Shown: positions 39,501-53,269, counted from the stretch's first letter. The stretch is 64,000 nucleotides of DNA from Octopus vulgaris (GCA_951406725.2 OX597838.1:19096001-19160000), one strand, 5' to 3'. Made by a program: numbers and translations. Notes: generated by a model from the letters alone, not told the origin.

Positions 39501-40050
39501 TCATCATCATCATCATTTAGCGTCCGCTTTCCATGCTGGCATGGGTTGGACGGTTCAACTGGGGTCTGGGAAGCCAGAAGGCTGCACCAGGCCCAGTCTG
39601 ATCTGGCGATGTTTCTACGGCTGGATGCCCTTCCTAACGCCAACCACTCCATGAGTGTAGTGGGTGCTTTTTACGAGTCACCGGCACAGGTGCCAGACAG
39701 GGCTGGCAACGGCCACAATCGGATGGTGTTTTTTACGTGCCACCGGCACAGGTGCCAGACAGGGCTGGCAACGACCACGATCGGATGGTGTTTTTTACAT
39801 GCCACCAGCACTGGTATCACAGCTACAATTTCCATTGATGTTGATCGATTTCGAATTTGATTCTCACTTGCCTCAACAGGTCTTCACAAGTAGAGTTTTG
39901 TGTCCCAAGAAGGAAAGGTATGCATAAGTGGACTGGCTACATCCCAGGTAGAGGCCATGGGTTATGGTCTCACTTGTCCTGCCGGGTCTTCTCACGCACA
40001 GCATACTTCCATAGGTCTCGGTCTCTAGTCATTTCCTCGGTGAGACCTTC
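39501..40050 (-). mobile_element. RTE-type LINE 3' end: ORF2 terminus plus family C 3'UTR
   Basis: GLTEEMTRDRDLWKYAVREKTRQDK* runs directly into the family C sequence and (ATG)n tail. Confidence 0.8.
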
Positions 40051-41199
40051 CTTACGTTATATTTATGATAGAATGAATTTAGAGAATAATGCATATCTTA
40101 TTCAGCCAATGATGATTTAGAGGGTAGCTGAGGAAAATAGTAGGGTGACAAGATATTGGAAAGGGGAGGTAGTTATTTTGTTTTATTTTTAATTATAAGA
40201 TTTTATGTGGCATATAGTCTACAACTATTTAGAATTAAATCTACTGGGAGAAATTAATATCAGACAAGCTCCCAGACCCTTATTTTACTGGGACCATATA
40301 TCTAGCTTGCTAGTGCCGCTGGACTGGCTCCTGTGCAGGTGGCATGTAAAAAACACCATTTGAGCTTGGAAGACCAGGAAAAAATGTCACCACTCATATG
40401 ATGGTAACACTTGACAACGGCACTGGCAACGACCTTGCTCAAATGTTTTTCGTGTGCCAGTAAGGCGATGCAGGTAACGATCACGCTCGAATGGTGCTTT
40501 TTACACTGGCACACTTCTGAATTTCATTAGCTTACAGATAGTTCTGCTATAAGACGCAGTGAACACATAGCTGAGTGCCTAAAAAACATAGCATCAACGG
40601 AGCCTCGAATATGAAGTGCCGTTGACCAAAATAATGTTTGTGTGTATGTGCGAATATCATTTTCGTCAAGTCAGTCTCTTGTTACTCTGAGTTTCACCTG
40701 TGGGTGCATGGGATCTTCACGCAAATTATGGCTGAAGATCTTGTACACTCACAAGTGGAACTGATTTGATACTTGATGAAAATAAAATATTAATCTCTAT
40801 TATGTTATTGAGTACTCTTTATTCAGACACGTAAAAAGCACCATTCGAGCGTGATCGTTACCTGCGTTGCCTTACTTGGCACATGAACAAAACATTCGAA
40901 CGAGGTCATTGCCAGAGCTGCTGGACTGACTCCTGTGCAGGTGGCATGTAAAAAACACCATTTGAGTGTAGCCGTTGCCAGTACCACCTGACTGGCCCTC
41001 GTGCCAGTGGCACATAAAAGTACCCACTACAATCTCAGAGTGGTTGTCGTTAGGAAGGGCATTCAGCTGTAGAAACTCAGCCAGATCAAGATTGGAGCCT
41101 GGTGCAGCCATCTGGTTTGCCAGTCCACAGTCAAATCGTCCAACCCATGCTAGCACGGAAAGCGGACATTAAATGATGATGATGATTAACATTAAACGT

Positions 41200-42460
41200 T
41201 TGTGTGTGTGTGAAGACTCCCTCAAATGCTCTAAATAGCTTCTGTTACCTAGGCAACCAAGTTAGCAGTGGAGGAGGAAGTTCTGAAAGGGTAGTAGTGA
41301 GAATAAGAACAGGCTGGGCAAAGTTCAGAGAGCTTCTACTTTCGTCGGTAACTAAGGGCTTTTCCCTCACAGTGAAAGGCAGATTGTATGATACCTGTGT
41401 AAGTACAGCTATGCTACATGGTGGTGAAATTTGGACTGACTACAAGAAGACTTGTGAAGGCTCGAAAGAAATAAATTTAGCATGTTCCACTGGATGGGTA
41501 ATGTCAGTGTGCACACACAACAGAGTGTAAGTGATTTGTGAAGAAAACTAAGTATAAGAGGCATCAGATGTTGTGTGCACGAGAGAAGACTGCACTGGTT
41601 TGGGTAATGTGATGGCAGACACCCATAAAATTATCAACCATCGTACAAACAATAACTCTGAGCACCTTTTCAAACTCTACCTGTCTAACACCTGTGGACA
41701 TGTTTACAAAGTCAGAAAACAGCACAGCTCCCATGACTTTAGGAAACATTTTTTCAAGCTGAGAGTTGCTGAAGCATGGAACAAACTGCCGGCATCAGTT
41801 GTTAGTTGTCGGAGCACTGCATCCTTCAAAACTTCCATGCTTCCTGAGATTCGCCAACACTACACCTGATTTTTCTCCCCTCCATACACACGCAAGCATG
41901 TATCTGACTCATACATTGTTCGCTTTCCAGACATTTCCACATTACTGCATGTACTTTATATGCACTTTCTGACAAGTTGTGGTGCACCTGAGCACTGTAT
42001 ACAATAATTTCATTATTATTATTATTATTATATCGATGAGGACAGCTGGATAAAGAAGTGCTGGGTTCTAATTGTGGAGGAAACCTGTGGAAGCAGGTAA
42101 ACCCAGGAAGTAGCGAGAAAGGATGCCAGGCGTCACTGGGGAAATGATAAGGGACCCGGAATTGTGTTTTGCTATATACTTAAGAAAACACATCAAGTAA
42201 AATCACTGCCTTCGAGACATACAGGCTTGTCCGTCCTTTACAAGTACCAGTGGCGCATAAAATGCACTCGGGCGCTGGTGGCACGTGATATGCATCCAGT
42301 GCACTTTTGTAAAGTGGTTGGCGTCAGGAAGGACATCCAGCCATAGAAACCATGCCACAAGAGACAATTGGGGTCTGGACTGCTCCCCCCGGTTGGCCAG
42401 CTCCTGTTCAACTGTCCAACCCATGCCAGCATGGAAAACAGACGTTGAACGATGATGATT
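41200..42460 (+). mobile_element. RTE-type LINE 3' relic with a nested CR1 3' fragment (41612-42030)
   Basis: SFCYLG..VSSGGG....V..RIRTGWAKFREL.....KGRLY...V..AMLHG.E.W, then a CR1 piece like 9745-10160, then the family C tail. Confidence 0.8.
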
Positions 42461-42613
42461 GAGATATGTGTGTGTGTGTGTGTATTACACACATGCAGTG
42501 AATTGGAAGAGAAATGAAGAGAAATATAGGCTATAACTGATGAGTTTTTATAGGCTTTATCAAAAACTCTTCCCAAATATTTTATATATATATATATACA
42601 TATACACACACAC

Positions 42614-42644
<31 letters not shown>

Positions 42645-43531
42645 TGCACACTAATAACACACACACATGTATATAGCCAACATTTGTTGAGCGCCATACA
42701 TGAAGCTGACTTTTGTAACTTTTGCTGGTTAACACAAACACACAAACACACACAGGTGAAAATTCCAAAGTGAATATTGCTACGGCTGTGTCTTTCCCGA
42801 ATGCTAAAAGTAGAAGCCAAAGTTCCTTTGAATCACATCCGACAACCTTAATAAACAAATAATAACAATAATAATAGTAGTAGTAGCAACAGCAGCAGTA
42901 GTAGTCTGTTCAATAACCACACCTTAGTGGTTTTTCGAACAGCATTCAACCACTCCAAATTTTAAAAAAAAATATCGCTTCTGTACCACATTGGATAATA
43001 TTAGGAATAGTATGTTGTTTACATTAGTAATAGCGCTTCTATAAAAACAAAAAAAGAATAAAAAGACTCAAGGCACAGAGCGGCGGGGGGAAAATTGTAT
43101 AACAGAATTAAGTTGAACTCTTGTATTTTGACTGCTACGTTAGTTGAGCAGCCCCTAAAAAAAGCCATAGGAATTGACCTGGGAGAATTTGAACTCAGAG
43201 CGTAAAGGGGCGTAACTAAATATTTCAAAGGCTTTAAACGAGGTACATTTATTTTTTTTTTAAATTATATATACACACATATATATATACATATATAATA
43301 CTCTACTATACGCACACACGCGCGCGCATGTGTGTGTGTGTCTGTGTATTATAATGGCATAGTTGCTTGTAATTATTGGTTCTAGTCATTGAATTAGCGG
43401 TCATGCTGGGGCACCTTTAAAGAGTTCCCTGTCGACCAGATCTCATTTCAATTATTAGGTGCACTTCTTTTATCGACCACCACTATTTATTTGGCTATTT
43501 ATTTGTTGAACGATTTGAGATGCGTGTATAC

Positions 43532-43576
<45 letters not shown>

Positions 43577-43989
43577 GTCGTCTGGCCTCATATCGGCTGA
43601 TATGAGGCTAAACAAACCGACCTATGATCAGATATGCTTCGTTCGATAACCACACCGTCTTGTTTTCAAACATATTGGATAATATGTCTAAGGAAAATGA
43701 ATGTCTTGTATAAAGACAGCCGGGTCGGCGGAGATTTGGCTAGGTTTTTTTTTATTTTTCTTCAAGCAACTACATGGAGGTTACCTTGTTGGTTTCGTTC
43801 CTTTGACTTAGTTCCACTGTTGTAAGGAAGCAACAAATAATGGGACAAGTAATATTAGTTTCGAAAATAACCCCTCCAAATATATCAAGCATTTCTTCCC
43901 AGAGAAAGAAGAGGGAAAAAATTAGGAAGAAAAATGGAAAAATAATGATACTGCGACAAGACCCACCACCACCACCACAACCAAAAAAT

Positions 43990-44320
43990 AAAATACCTAT
44001 TTCTTTATTAACCCTAAGGGGCTAAACATAGAGGGGACAAACAAGGACAGACATATAGGTATCAAGTCGATTACATCGACCCCCCCCCCCGGTGCGTAAC
44101 TGGTACTTAATTTATCGACCCCGAAAGGATGAAAGGCAAAGTCGACCAAAAAATAAAATACCTATTTCTTTATTAACCCTAAGGGGTTAAACATAGAGGG
44201 GGACAAACAAGGACAGACATAGGTATCAAGTCGATTATATCGACCCCCAGTGCGTAACTGGTACTTAATTTATCGACCTCGAAAGGATGAAAGGCAAAGT
44301 CGACCAAAAAATAAAATACC
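43990..44320 (-). mobile_element. Duplicated truncated SINE family B units
   Basis: Two units each bounded by ACCAAAAAATAAAATACC (three copies of this flank). Confidence 0.8.
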
Positions 44321-44669
44321 AAGTTTGTTAATGAATTATTTTTATGGTGTGTATATAATTATTGTACAGTGTGTATATATACAATTATTTTATACTATGC
44401 ACCGCACAATTATGCTATATAGTGTGGACAATTAAGCTATAATAATAGCGCAGATAATTTTTGTTACAATATTATATATATAAATGACCGTTTTATATAT
44501 ATATATATATAATGCGGACATAAACAGCAAAACATAAATAATATTATAAGATAAGAAGAAGAAGGAAGCGGCTTTTGAGTAATTAATAAGAAAAGCATTG
44601 ATGAAAAAAAAACGTATGTGGATAGAGAGAGAAAAAAGGAACAAACACCTTTTTGCTTCGTTTTCTTAC

Positions 44670-44990
44670 CTGAAAAAATTTGACATTTTTTCGGTGGTAT
44701 TTTCTATGAAATTGTCCGACTTCTCAATTAATACAGACAGAGAATGCAGCAGAACAAACCATGTCTTCTATTTTTCGCTCCTCTTCCACTTAAATTGATG
44801 ATGATGATGGATATTGTATTGAAGAATATTTCTTTATAGCAGACTGTTATTGTTGTTGCTGGTGAAATTGTTGTTGTTTTTGTCGTTGTTGTTGTTATAA
44901 AAAAGTGAGAAGAGAAGAGAAGGTGAGTCTATAAAGTAAAGTGTTTGAAATACCAGAGAAATATCGGAAAGACGCGGTTAGTACAGTCGT
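44670..44990 (-). other. Candidate 5' (largely untranslated) first exon of the minus-strand BRCT gene
   Basis: Strong donor CAG|GTAAGA at 44670/44669 in unique sequence, next to a slightly CpG-richer stretch (44960-45020) and a GA-rich block. The 5' boundary is a guess. Confidence 0.4.
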
Positions 44991-45034
44991 ATAGTGGTGG
45001 CTGACACGAGTTGTTTATCTTGATCAGAAGCACA

Positions 45035-46140
45035 GTGGAAGGGAGGGAGGAGAGAGAAAATGTGTGAGAGAGAGAGAGAGAGACAGGGAGGGGAGGAAGC
45101 GATAGTTAGTGAGAGAGAGAGGGGGAAAGCGATAGTGAGTGAGAGACAGAGGGGGGGAAAGCGATAGTGAGTGAGAGAGAGAGGGGGAAAGCGATAGTGA
45201 GTGAGAGAGAGAAAAAAGTGATATTGAGCGAGTGAGTGAGTGTGTTAGAGAGTGAGAGAGAGAGAGGGAAAGCGATAGTGAGTGTTAGAGAGAGAGAGAG
45301 AGGGAAAGCGATAGTGAGCGTGTTTGAGAGAGAGAGGGGAAAGCGATTGTGAGTGAGAAAGAGAAAGAGATATTGAGCGAATGTGTTAGAGAGAGAGGGG
45401 GAGAGCGATAGTGAGTGAGAAAGAGAAAGAAAGTGATATTGAGCGAGTGTGTTAGAGAGACAGAGGGAAAGCGATAGTGAGTGAGAAAGAGAAAGATAGT
45501 GATATTGAGCGAGTGAGTGACTGTGTTAGAGAGAGAGAGAGAGAGGAAGATAGTCAGTGAAAGAGGGGAAAAGATAATTAAAGAGAACAGGAAGAGGTGA
45601 ATAAATAGAGGAGAATATAAAAAAAGAGGAAGGTAAATAGAGCAAGATATAAACAGAGGAGAAAAAAAATAGAGCAGGTTATAAAGGGAGGGAGGGAGAA
45701 ATAAAAGAGGGAAATAGAACGGTATATAAAGAGAGGGGAGCCAAATATAGAGAGAGGAATAAATAGAGCAAGATATAAAGGGAGGGGGAGAGAAAAACAG
45801 AGGGGTGAATAAATAAAGCGGGACGTTAAGAGAGGAGAGAGAAATTGAGGAATAGAGGGGGTGATAGCAACAGATATCTAGAGGGAGGTAAATATAGAGA
45901 GAAGGGAACAGACAAGAGATATAGAGAGGGTTTACAGTGAAGAATGATAGACAAAGATAGAGATAGAAAGTAGTGAAAAGATAGAGTGGTGGATTGTCAG
46001 AAATATGTGTAGAGCGGGATATATAGACAGAAATGAGTTGACAGGGAGAGAACCAGGTAAATACGTACACACAAGGGGATGAATTGACAGAGAAATATAG
46101 GGATAAATTAAGAGTTTGGAAGATAAACAGAAGGATAGAT
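45035..46140. repeat. Purine-rich (GA) low-complexity tract including degenerate GGGAAAGCGATAGTGAGTGAGAGA repeats
   Basis: Directly visible; about 30-bp units between 45090 and 45560. Confidence 0.9.
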
Positions 46141-46710
46141 AGTTATTAACACAGATTGGTTTATTGGAGTAGCAGAGACGATCGGTCGCACGATTTAACA
46201 AAACCACTTTGTCTGTTATCAGAGTCCACTCGGTTACAAGTATTTGATCCAATTCTCCGATTTGAGGATAAAAACTCCCTTTACACTTTAAACTCCCTAA
46301 AAAGGGTCATGGGTGCTGCTCTCCCTTTAACTAAACCATTAAAAAAAGCTAGGTCAGTAGAAAGAAGGACAATAAAAAGAAAATACATACAGTTCAGTGA
46401 GATATAAATAGATATAGAGCTGACAAAAATAGATTGACAAATATTCATTACAAGTACCAGTTTGGAACGAGCAACATGTCCACTCCGATAAAAGCCACTG
46501 GTAGATAAAGATAGATAAATATGTAAGGTGGATACAGACACTTAAGAAATAAATACGAAAAGAAATAAGATAGTTATATATCGTTAAATATATGCAGGAC
46601 AAATAGAGAAACATACATAGTCTGCAGGACGCACTATTGAAGAAAACAAGCGACCAGAAAATATAGATAGGTTCTAATAATGTATGTACCGTCTAAAGTT
46701 CTTTATTTGA

Positions 46711-47100
46711 TGAGTGGCTGTGTGGTAAGTAGCTTGCTAACCAACCACATAGTTCCGGGTTCAGTCCCACTGCGTGGCATCTTGGGCAAGTGTCTTCTGC
46801 TATAGCCCCGGGCCGACCAATGCCTTGTGAGTGGATTTGGTAGACGGAAACTGAAAGAAGCCTGTCGTATATATGTATATATATATATGTATGTGTGTGT
46901 TTGTCCCCCTAGCATTGCTTGACAACCGATGCTGGTGTGTTTACGTCCCCGTAACTTAGCGGTTCGGCAAAAGAGACCGAAATAATAAGTACTGGGCTTA
47001 CAAAGAATAAGTCCCGGGGTCGAGTTGCTCGACTAAAGGCGGTGCTCCAGCATGGCCGCAGTCAAATGACTGAAACAAGTAAAAAAGAGTAAAAGAGTAA
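46711..47100 (+). mobile_element. SINE family A
   Basis: Consensus match. Confidence 0.9.
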
Positions 47101-47329
47101 ATAATCAATTTAAGATGAACAGTGCGAGCCCTCTACAAGCCCTTGTCCTTAATATTGGGGGAGAGTTTCGTTCCAAACCAGTTACAAGCTAGCTAGCTAT
47201 CTATATCTCGTCCTCTGTCGGTTTTTATAACACCTTTGATAAACCAAATTATTTCCCTGTGCAACGGGACTATAACGCGGGGAAATAAGAAACAGGTTAG
47301 CCTACCTTTTCGTCATTTTGCCGTCCAGC

Positions 47330-49385
47330 TGTGCTCAATCCAAAACTCGTGCCCAGCCCGCGGGCCTAACAATAGCGGCCACTAGTACCCGTCCCAACAA
47401 GCTCGCTCACCTCACGTCCATTCGTCGTGAGCACCCCGAGATGGATGACCCCTGATCTTGCTTCCCTCACTTCCTCTCACCCTTCCTGTTCCTATCAAGC
47501 CCCTTGACCGCTGACGTCACAGCCCTTTCCTTCCAGCTCACCTCGTCCCCACACGACCCCCTGATCTCAAAGATCACCTCCTCACTTTACTCCATGTCAA
47601 AATCTGTCACCCCCCCCCCCAGGTGGATGCCTCACATGCTGTGCTTTCCATTGGCAGGTAATCTCGTTCTCTTCCTCTCCTCCACCTTTGTTGTCCAACA
47701 AAGCGACAATCCTGCAAACATCCAAGACGTGACACGACATCCCATCCACAGGAACATTATTTTTGGAGTTAATAGCCATCACTGTTCCTCTGTAATACTG
47801 AGATGTGCAGAGTGCCTTCAGGGACATGACCCAGACTTCATCTCCCACCTCCACAAAGACAGGCTCTCTCTCTTCTGTAGGGTATTCTGATGGTCTAATA
47901 GGATGTTGCCATTCATATCTGAACATCCCTCTGTGTGGCACTGATTCTTCAGTCTGTCCTGATTGGTGCATGTTGTACCAGAACACTGGTTCCAGCAGCG
48001 AGATGTGCCCCTCTCCTCCATGGCCTTGATCATTCCATGATGTATTTCCACAATCCCATTTCCACTTGGCCTATGCACTGCTCTGAAGAAATGGTGTACA
48101 TTCCACTTATCAAGCATCTCTTTCAATGTCTCCAAATGAAATGCAGTGTCATTGTCCATCAGCAATTCATTCACAGGGCCCCCGCTCCAGGAATATCACA
48201 TTCAGGTTATGTGCAATCTCATCTGCAGTACCTATTTCTTTATTACCCACAAGGGGCTAAACACAGAGGGGACAAACAAGGACAGACATAGGTATTAAGT
48301 TGATTACATCGACCCCAGTGAGTAACTGGTACTTAATTTATCGACCCTGAAAGGATGAAAGACAAAGTTGACCTCGGCGAAATTTGAACTCACAACGTAA
48401 CGGCAGACGAAATACCGCTAAGCATTTCACCCGGCATGCTAACGTTTCTGCCAGCTCGCCGCCTTAATCTCATCTGCAGTACCTGTCCTCAATTCCTTCC
48501 AAATGGCTGTCCGACCCAGCCCTCAGTCGACCATCGAGAGATATGTCCCCCGCCGGTAGTGTGTCACATCCTCCACCAATCGTCTCCAGTTGTGCTCTAC
48601 CGAGATGTTTCCCTGCTCATGCACACCCAGAGCAGGGTCAATGGATTGACACCTATCACAATTCCCAATCACCTTTTGGATGCTTGGCCTAGTGGCATCA
48701 GCGTTGACCCTCCTGGCAAGATACAGGGTTCTATCCACACCCATATGATGCCTGGCATGCAGTCTCCTTATCTCTGAGTCACTTAAACGACACATTGCAG
48801 CTATCCCCTGCTTTGAATCACTGATCCTACCCAGCCAGATTCAGATTTCAATGGAGTGCAGCCCAGATTTCAGGGCCAGTTTCACCCCCTTCAGCGCTAT
48901 GTCCAACTCAGCCACATTGATGTGGTTGTAATCATCAGCTTTTCAAAGCCAGGCCACATACTCCACATCAACACTTCCGATTTCCAGTACAACCCCTCTC
49001 GCTATGCTGTCAGCATCACATCATACAGCCCCAATCTCCAATTTGGGCACGAACCAGTTCCCTCTTACTGGGTCTTCTGATCTCGTCCTCTCTAGGATCT
49101 CTTGCATCATCATTACAGTATGTCTAGCCCTTGTATCGCACCAGCTGATACTACCATAATTTCTTGCTCACATGGAGCTGCAAATATACTGTACTCAATC
49201 CAAAACTTGTGCCCAGCCCATGCACCTCACAATAGCAGCTGCTAGTGCCCGTCCCAATAAGCTTGGTTGCTTCATGTCCGTTCCTTGTGAGCACCCAAGG
49301 TGATAGAGGATAACCCCTGGTCTTCCTTCCTTCACTTTCTCTCTCATCTTTTCTGTTCTAGTCAAGCCCCTTCACCGTTGAAATT
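47330..49385 (-). mobile_element. Internally deleted Gypsy-type LTR retrotransposon (integrase relic between two LTR copies)
   Basis: Direct repeats 47330-47515 and 49190-49382. On the minus strand a poly-G PPT (47610-47620) abuts the LTR TG (47609)...CA (47330). Integrase motifs: H..HH.G..RT...C..CQ, D.TH, L.MVD, ELLMDN..AF, P.GNGIVE..H. SINE B is inserted at 48229-48463. Confidence 0.8.
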
Positions 49386-50760
49386 TCATCTCAGGAAACT
49401 AAGTACTTTCTGCCAAAAATCGCTGCTCAAAGCAAAAGTTTTGGCTAATGCCGTTTGCCATTTTTGTGGTTTCATTTGTATTGGTTTCTAATATTTCGAC
49501 AATTTTTCAAGCTGAACACATGGAGGAATCGTATTCATTTCCATTTTGTTTTTATCCGAAATGGAAATGAACGCCATTCATATGATTGGCTTGAAAAATT
49601 GTTAAGGTATTAAGATATTTTCTTTTAACATGCAATCAATTGTAGCTTTAATACACAACTGTGAGTGTGTGTGTGTGTGTGTTGCATCTATCTCTAACAC
49701 TCTCTCTTTATTTATATTACTTCTATGGTATTTTTTCTCTGTATTCCTCTGTGACTATGTATATAAGTCCTGATTGATACTTAATATTATACATAACTCC
49801 ACCCAAAGTAATTTTGTATTATTTTAATTATCTGTCTGAAGAATTAGTAACAGGAAATGTCGAACATCTCTGTAACTCCTATTAGTTAACAAAACATATG
49901 TAATGGAACATAAAAAGTACCAATTTTTTCCAGTCTCCTGTTTTGATAAACACACACACACACATACACATGCATATATAAATATATGTATACATGTATA
50001 TGTCAACTTTGAAAAATTCTTGGTTCATGAGATTTATCTATCTTTTTCGTGTAGTACTGGGCTTAATTGCCATTTAGTAATTATGATATATCTGCTAATG
50101 ACAGATAATTTTAACAAATTAAGTATTTATGTTTTATGGTATTTATTTGACACACTTTTGTTTCACTCTTCTTCTTTTCCCTCTCTCTCACTCTCATTCC
50201 CTGTCTCCCCATATGCATACATGCATGCATGCATGTGAGTGTATATATGTATGTATGCATGTATGTATGTAAGCATGTATGTATGTATGTTTGTATGTAT
50301 ATGAAACAAATTGTTTTGAACGGTGGGATTTGAAGCAGATAAAGCTATAAATAATAGCATGGAGAATATAAAGTTCAAAACACAACCCTTGCCTCGGAAA
50401 AAGTCAAAGGTTGCTCATGGGATTTTTTTCCATCCAAAGATTTTTTCTTTGACTCAATATTTTACATGCAATTATTTACATTTACAGCTTTACTTTTTCA
50501 GGGTCAATGAAATAAGTACCAGTCGAGCACTGGGGCCCATACAACTGACTAATCCAACCCCTTCAAAATTACTGGCCTTGTGCCAATAGCAGAAAAGAAC
50601 CCATTAAAAACAACTATTTCATATCTCTCAAAGTTCCTAAATCTTTATGATACATACATACATACATACATACATACATACATACATACATACATACATA
50701 CATACATACATACAAACATACATACATACTTGTATGAGAATACATACATAAAACAAAACA

Positions 50761-51510
50761 TACCATAAATCCTCAAGTATAATCCGCATTTTTTCCCCAA
50801 AGTCAAAATCCCTAGTGCGTACTACATACAAGGTTAAAAATGAAAATTATCCGAGTCTCTATTTGTCCGGCAATGTTTATTCAGATGCATTTTGTGATGT
50901 CGGGTGCGAAATTACCTTAAGCTAAGCCTGAAAGCAAGGAAGTCATAAAAGAATCATCCATAACTTGCAGTAAACAACATTTATTAAATGTTATTACTTT
51001 CCTTTGCAAATACTGTTGGAGGAGGTGTCCTCCTGGGGCTATTCTTTATTTTCTGGAAACAAAATGCACAAAAAAATGCTACACGTTTGCATTATGCTAT
51101 ATATACATGGAAGGACGTGTTTACTTCTTGAGAGTGATTGCTCTTCTCACCTAGGTCCACAGGTAAGGTCTCTGCATTTCTTTCTTCCGTTTGCTTCTTT
51201 TTCTGTTGTCTTTTTTCCTCCATCGCACCACACATTGTCCCCTGATGAAAGTACAATCTTCCATGATGATAATACACTAATTCACATAGCTAATGTCATG
51301 CAAAATTGGTACAATTAGCTCAAAAATAAAGTAGACCACTTTGATTGGCTTACACTATCACTGGGTCTCAATGTAACTGAACACTCATGGTGCATTTTGG
51401 AGCAGCAAGTGGGGAGGCACTTCCATCCAAAATCATTGCTGAAAGAGCTCACAAAATTTATTTGAAGACTGGATCAAAATCCCCCTGCCAATCAGGACAT
51501 GTACAACTGA
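50761..51510 (+). mobile_element. DNA transposon relics: pogo-like TIR at 50761 and a Tc1-like catalytic fragment at 51225-51500
   Basis: TACCATAAATCCTCAAGTATAATCCGC terminus; IFHDDNTLIHIANVMQNW....HFDW...LGLNVTEHSWCILE is a decayed FQQDNAPIH / WPAQSPDLNPIEHLW. Confidence 0.6.
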
Positions 51511-51520
51511 ATTCCTTGAC

Positions 51521-53135
51521 ATGAGGTTGGCCCGAAAAGTGTATAAGCTGACTATGAAGGAGTGATGCTAGAGCTATGAAATCTTGCATGCATTAATTTC
51601 AGCCCTTCTTCTTAATAATTGCATTGTTTCTTTCCAGATAAACTGACATCTGACTGTTCAAAGAACACTTCAAAAGTATCTAGTAGCAGCTTGTCTTGAA
51701 AATCAACAAAATTTAGCATTGTGGTGTTATCAAGTACCTGCAGAAAAATGGGTTTAACCCCCAAGGACATTCATGCTGACATGGTTGCTATATTATGGGA
51801 TGACACACAAGCGTTACCAGCAGTGCAAAAGTGGGTAGCTGCATTTAGGAGGGGAACGGAGAACCTTGAGAATGACCCAACATCTGGATGTCTTACAACT
51901 GCCACCACTGAGGAAAATATTGATCTTGTTCACCACATGGTGATGGCTGATAGGCAATTGACTATAAATCAAATAGTCAATGCTATTAGCATGTCTTGTA
52001 GGAGAGTTGAGAATATTCTGCACAATGAACTTGACATGAGAAAGGTTTCTGCTCAGTGGGTGCCACATCTTCTGACACCTGATCAAAAGCACACCAGGCT
52101 GATTACATCAAGGGAAAATCTGACATTGTTTTAGGGAGATCCAGCTGGTTTTTCTTGAACCTTTCCTAACCCAGGATGAGTATTAGGTTCATCACTTTGA
52201 GCCAGAGACAAAGAGACAATCCATTCAATGGAAACATCCCTCCTCACCTGCTCCAAAGAAGGTCAAGGTCGTTTTATCTGCAGGGAAGGTAATGGTCTCA
52301 GATTTTGGGGATCCAAAAAACATTGTGTTTATTGATTATCTTCAAAAGGTCCTCGGTCATCATTGGTGAGTACTATACCAACTTGCTGAGGCAGTTATGA
52401 AAGGCTATCAAGACCAACTGCCCAGGAAAAACTGACAAAAGTGATCTTGTTTCATTAGGACAAAATACTTGATTTCAATGGCTGCTGTGTGTGACTGTGG
52501 CTTTGAACTGGTTGATCAGCCACCCCTATTCTCCTGATTTGGCCCCATCATCTGTTCCCCCCAACATGAAAAAACACTTGGCTGGAAACCAGTATTGCAG
52601 TGATGCTGTTACTCTTTTACTCTTTTACTTGTTTCAGTCATTTGACTGCGTCCATGCTGGAGCACCGCCTTTAGTCAAGCAAATTGACCCCGGGACTTAT
52701 TCTTTGTAAGCCCAGTACTTATTCTATCGGTCTCTTTTGCCGAACCGCTAAGTGACGGGGACGTAAACACACCAGCATCGGTTGTCAAGCAATGCTAGGG
52801 GGACAAACACAGACACACACACATATATATATATACATATATATGACAGGCTTCTTTCAGTTTCCGTCTACCAAATCCACTCACAAGGCATTGGTCGGCC
52901 CGGGGCTATAGCAGAAGACACTTGCCCAAGGTGCCACGCAGTGGGACTGAACCCGTAGTTTTTTTTTTTTACCAACAGGAACAAAAGTGTCTTCACCAAT
53001 GGGATCCAGGCACTGCAACACCAATGGAAGATGTGTGTGGACCACAAAGAGAAATATGTTGGAAAATAAATCTCATTTGGTCACATTCCATGAGAGTATC
53101 TTGGTCGGCCTATGAGGTTTTCAGCCAACCCATAT
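51521..53135 (+). mobile_element. Near full-length mariner element (decayed transposase), split by SINE A at 52610-52953
   Basis: ORF 51721-52134 has HTH domains and WVPHLL, followed by TQDE..VHHFEPETKRQS.QW, SAGKVM, HPYSPDLAPS and GIQAL...W..CV....YV. Degenerate TIRs GGTTGGC..GAAAA at both ends. Confidence 0.9.
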
Positions 53136-53269
53136 ATTTCTGAAAGCATGAAACAATTCTATAGGTCTAGTGACTGAAACTCCAGCTGTCTATGCCCCAA
53201 CAGTTTGTCCTCTTTAGAAATCACACAGGTTACACATTTGGCTTATTTAAGTGTAGATATCTGCAAAGA

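Noticed and set aside
42238-42858. 206-aa ORF
   Set aside because: Runs through microsatellites and a family C repeat.
45285-46070. 261-aa hydrophobic ORF
   Set aside because: Translation of the pyrimidine strand of a GA-rich low-complexity tract; no domain signature.
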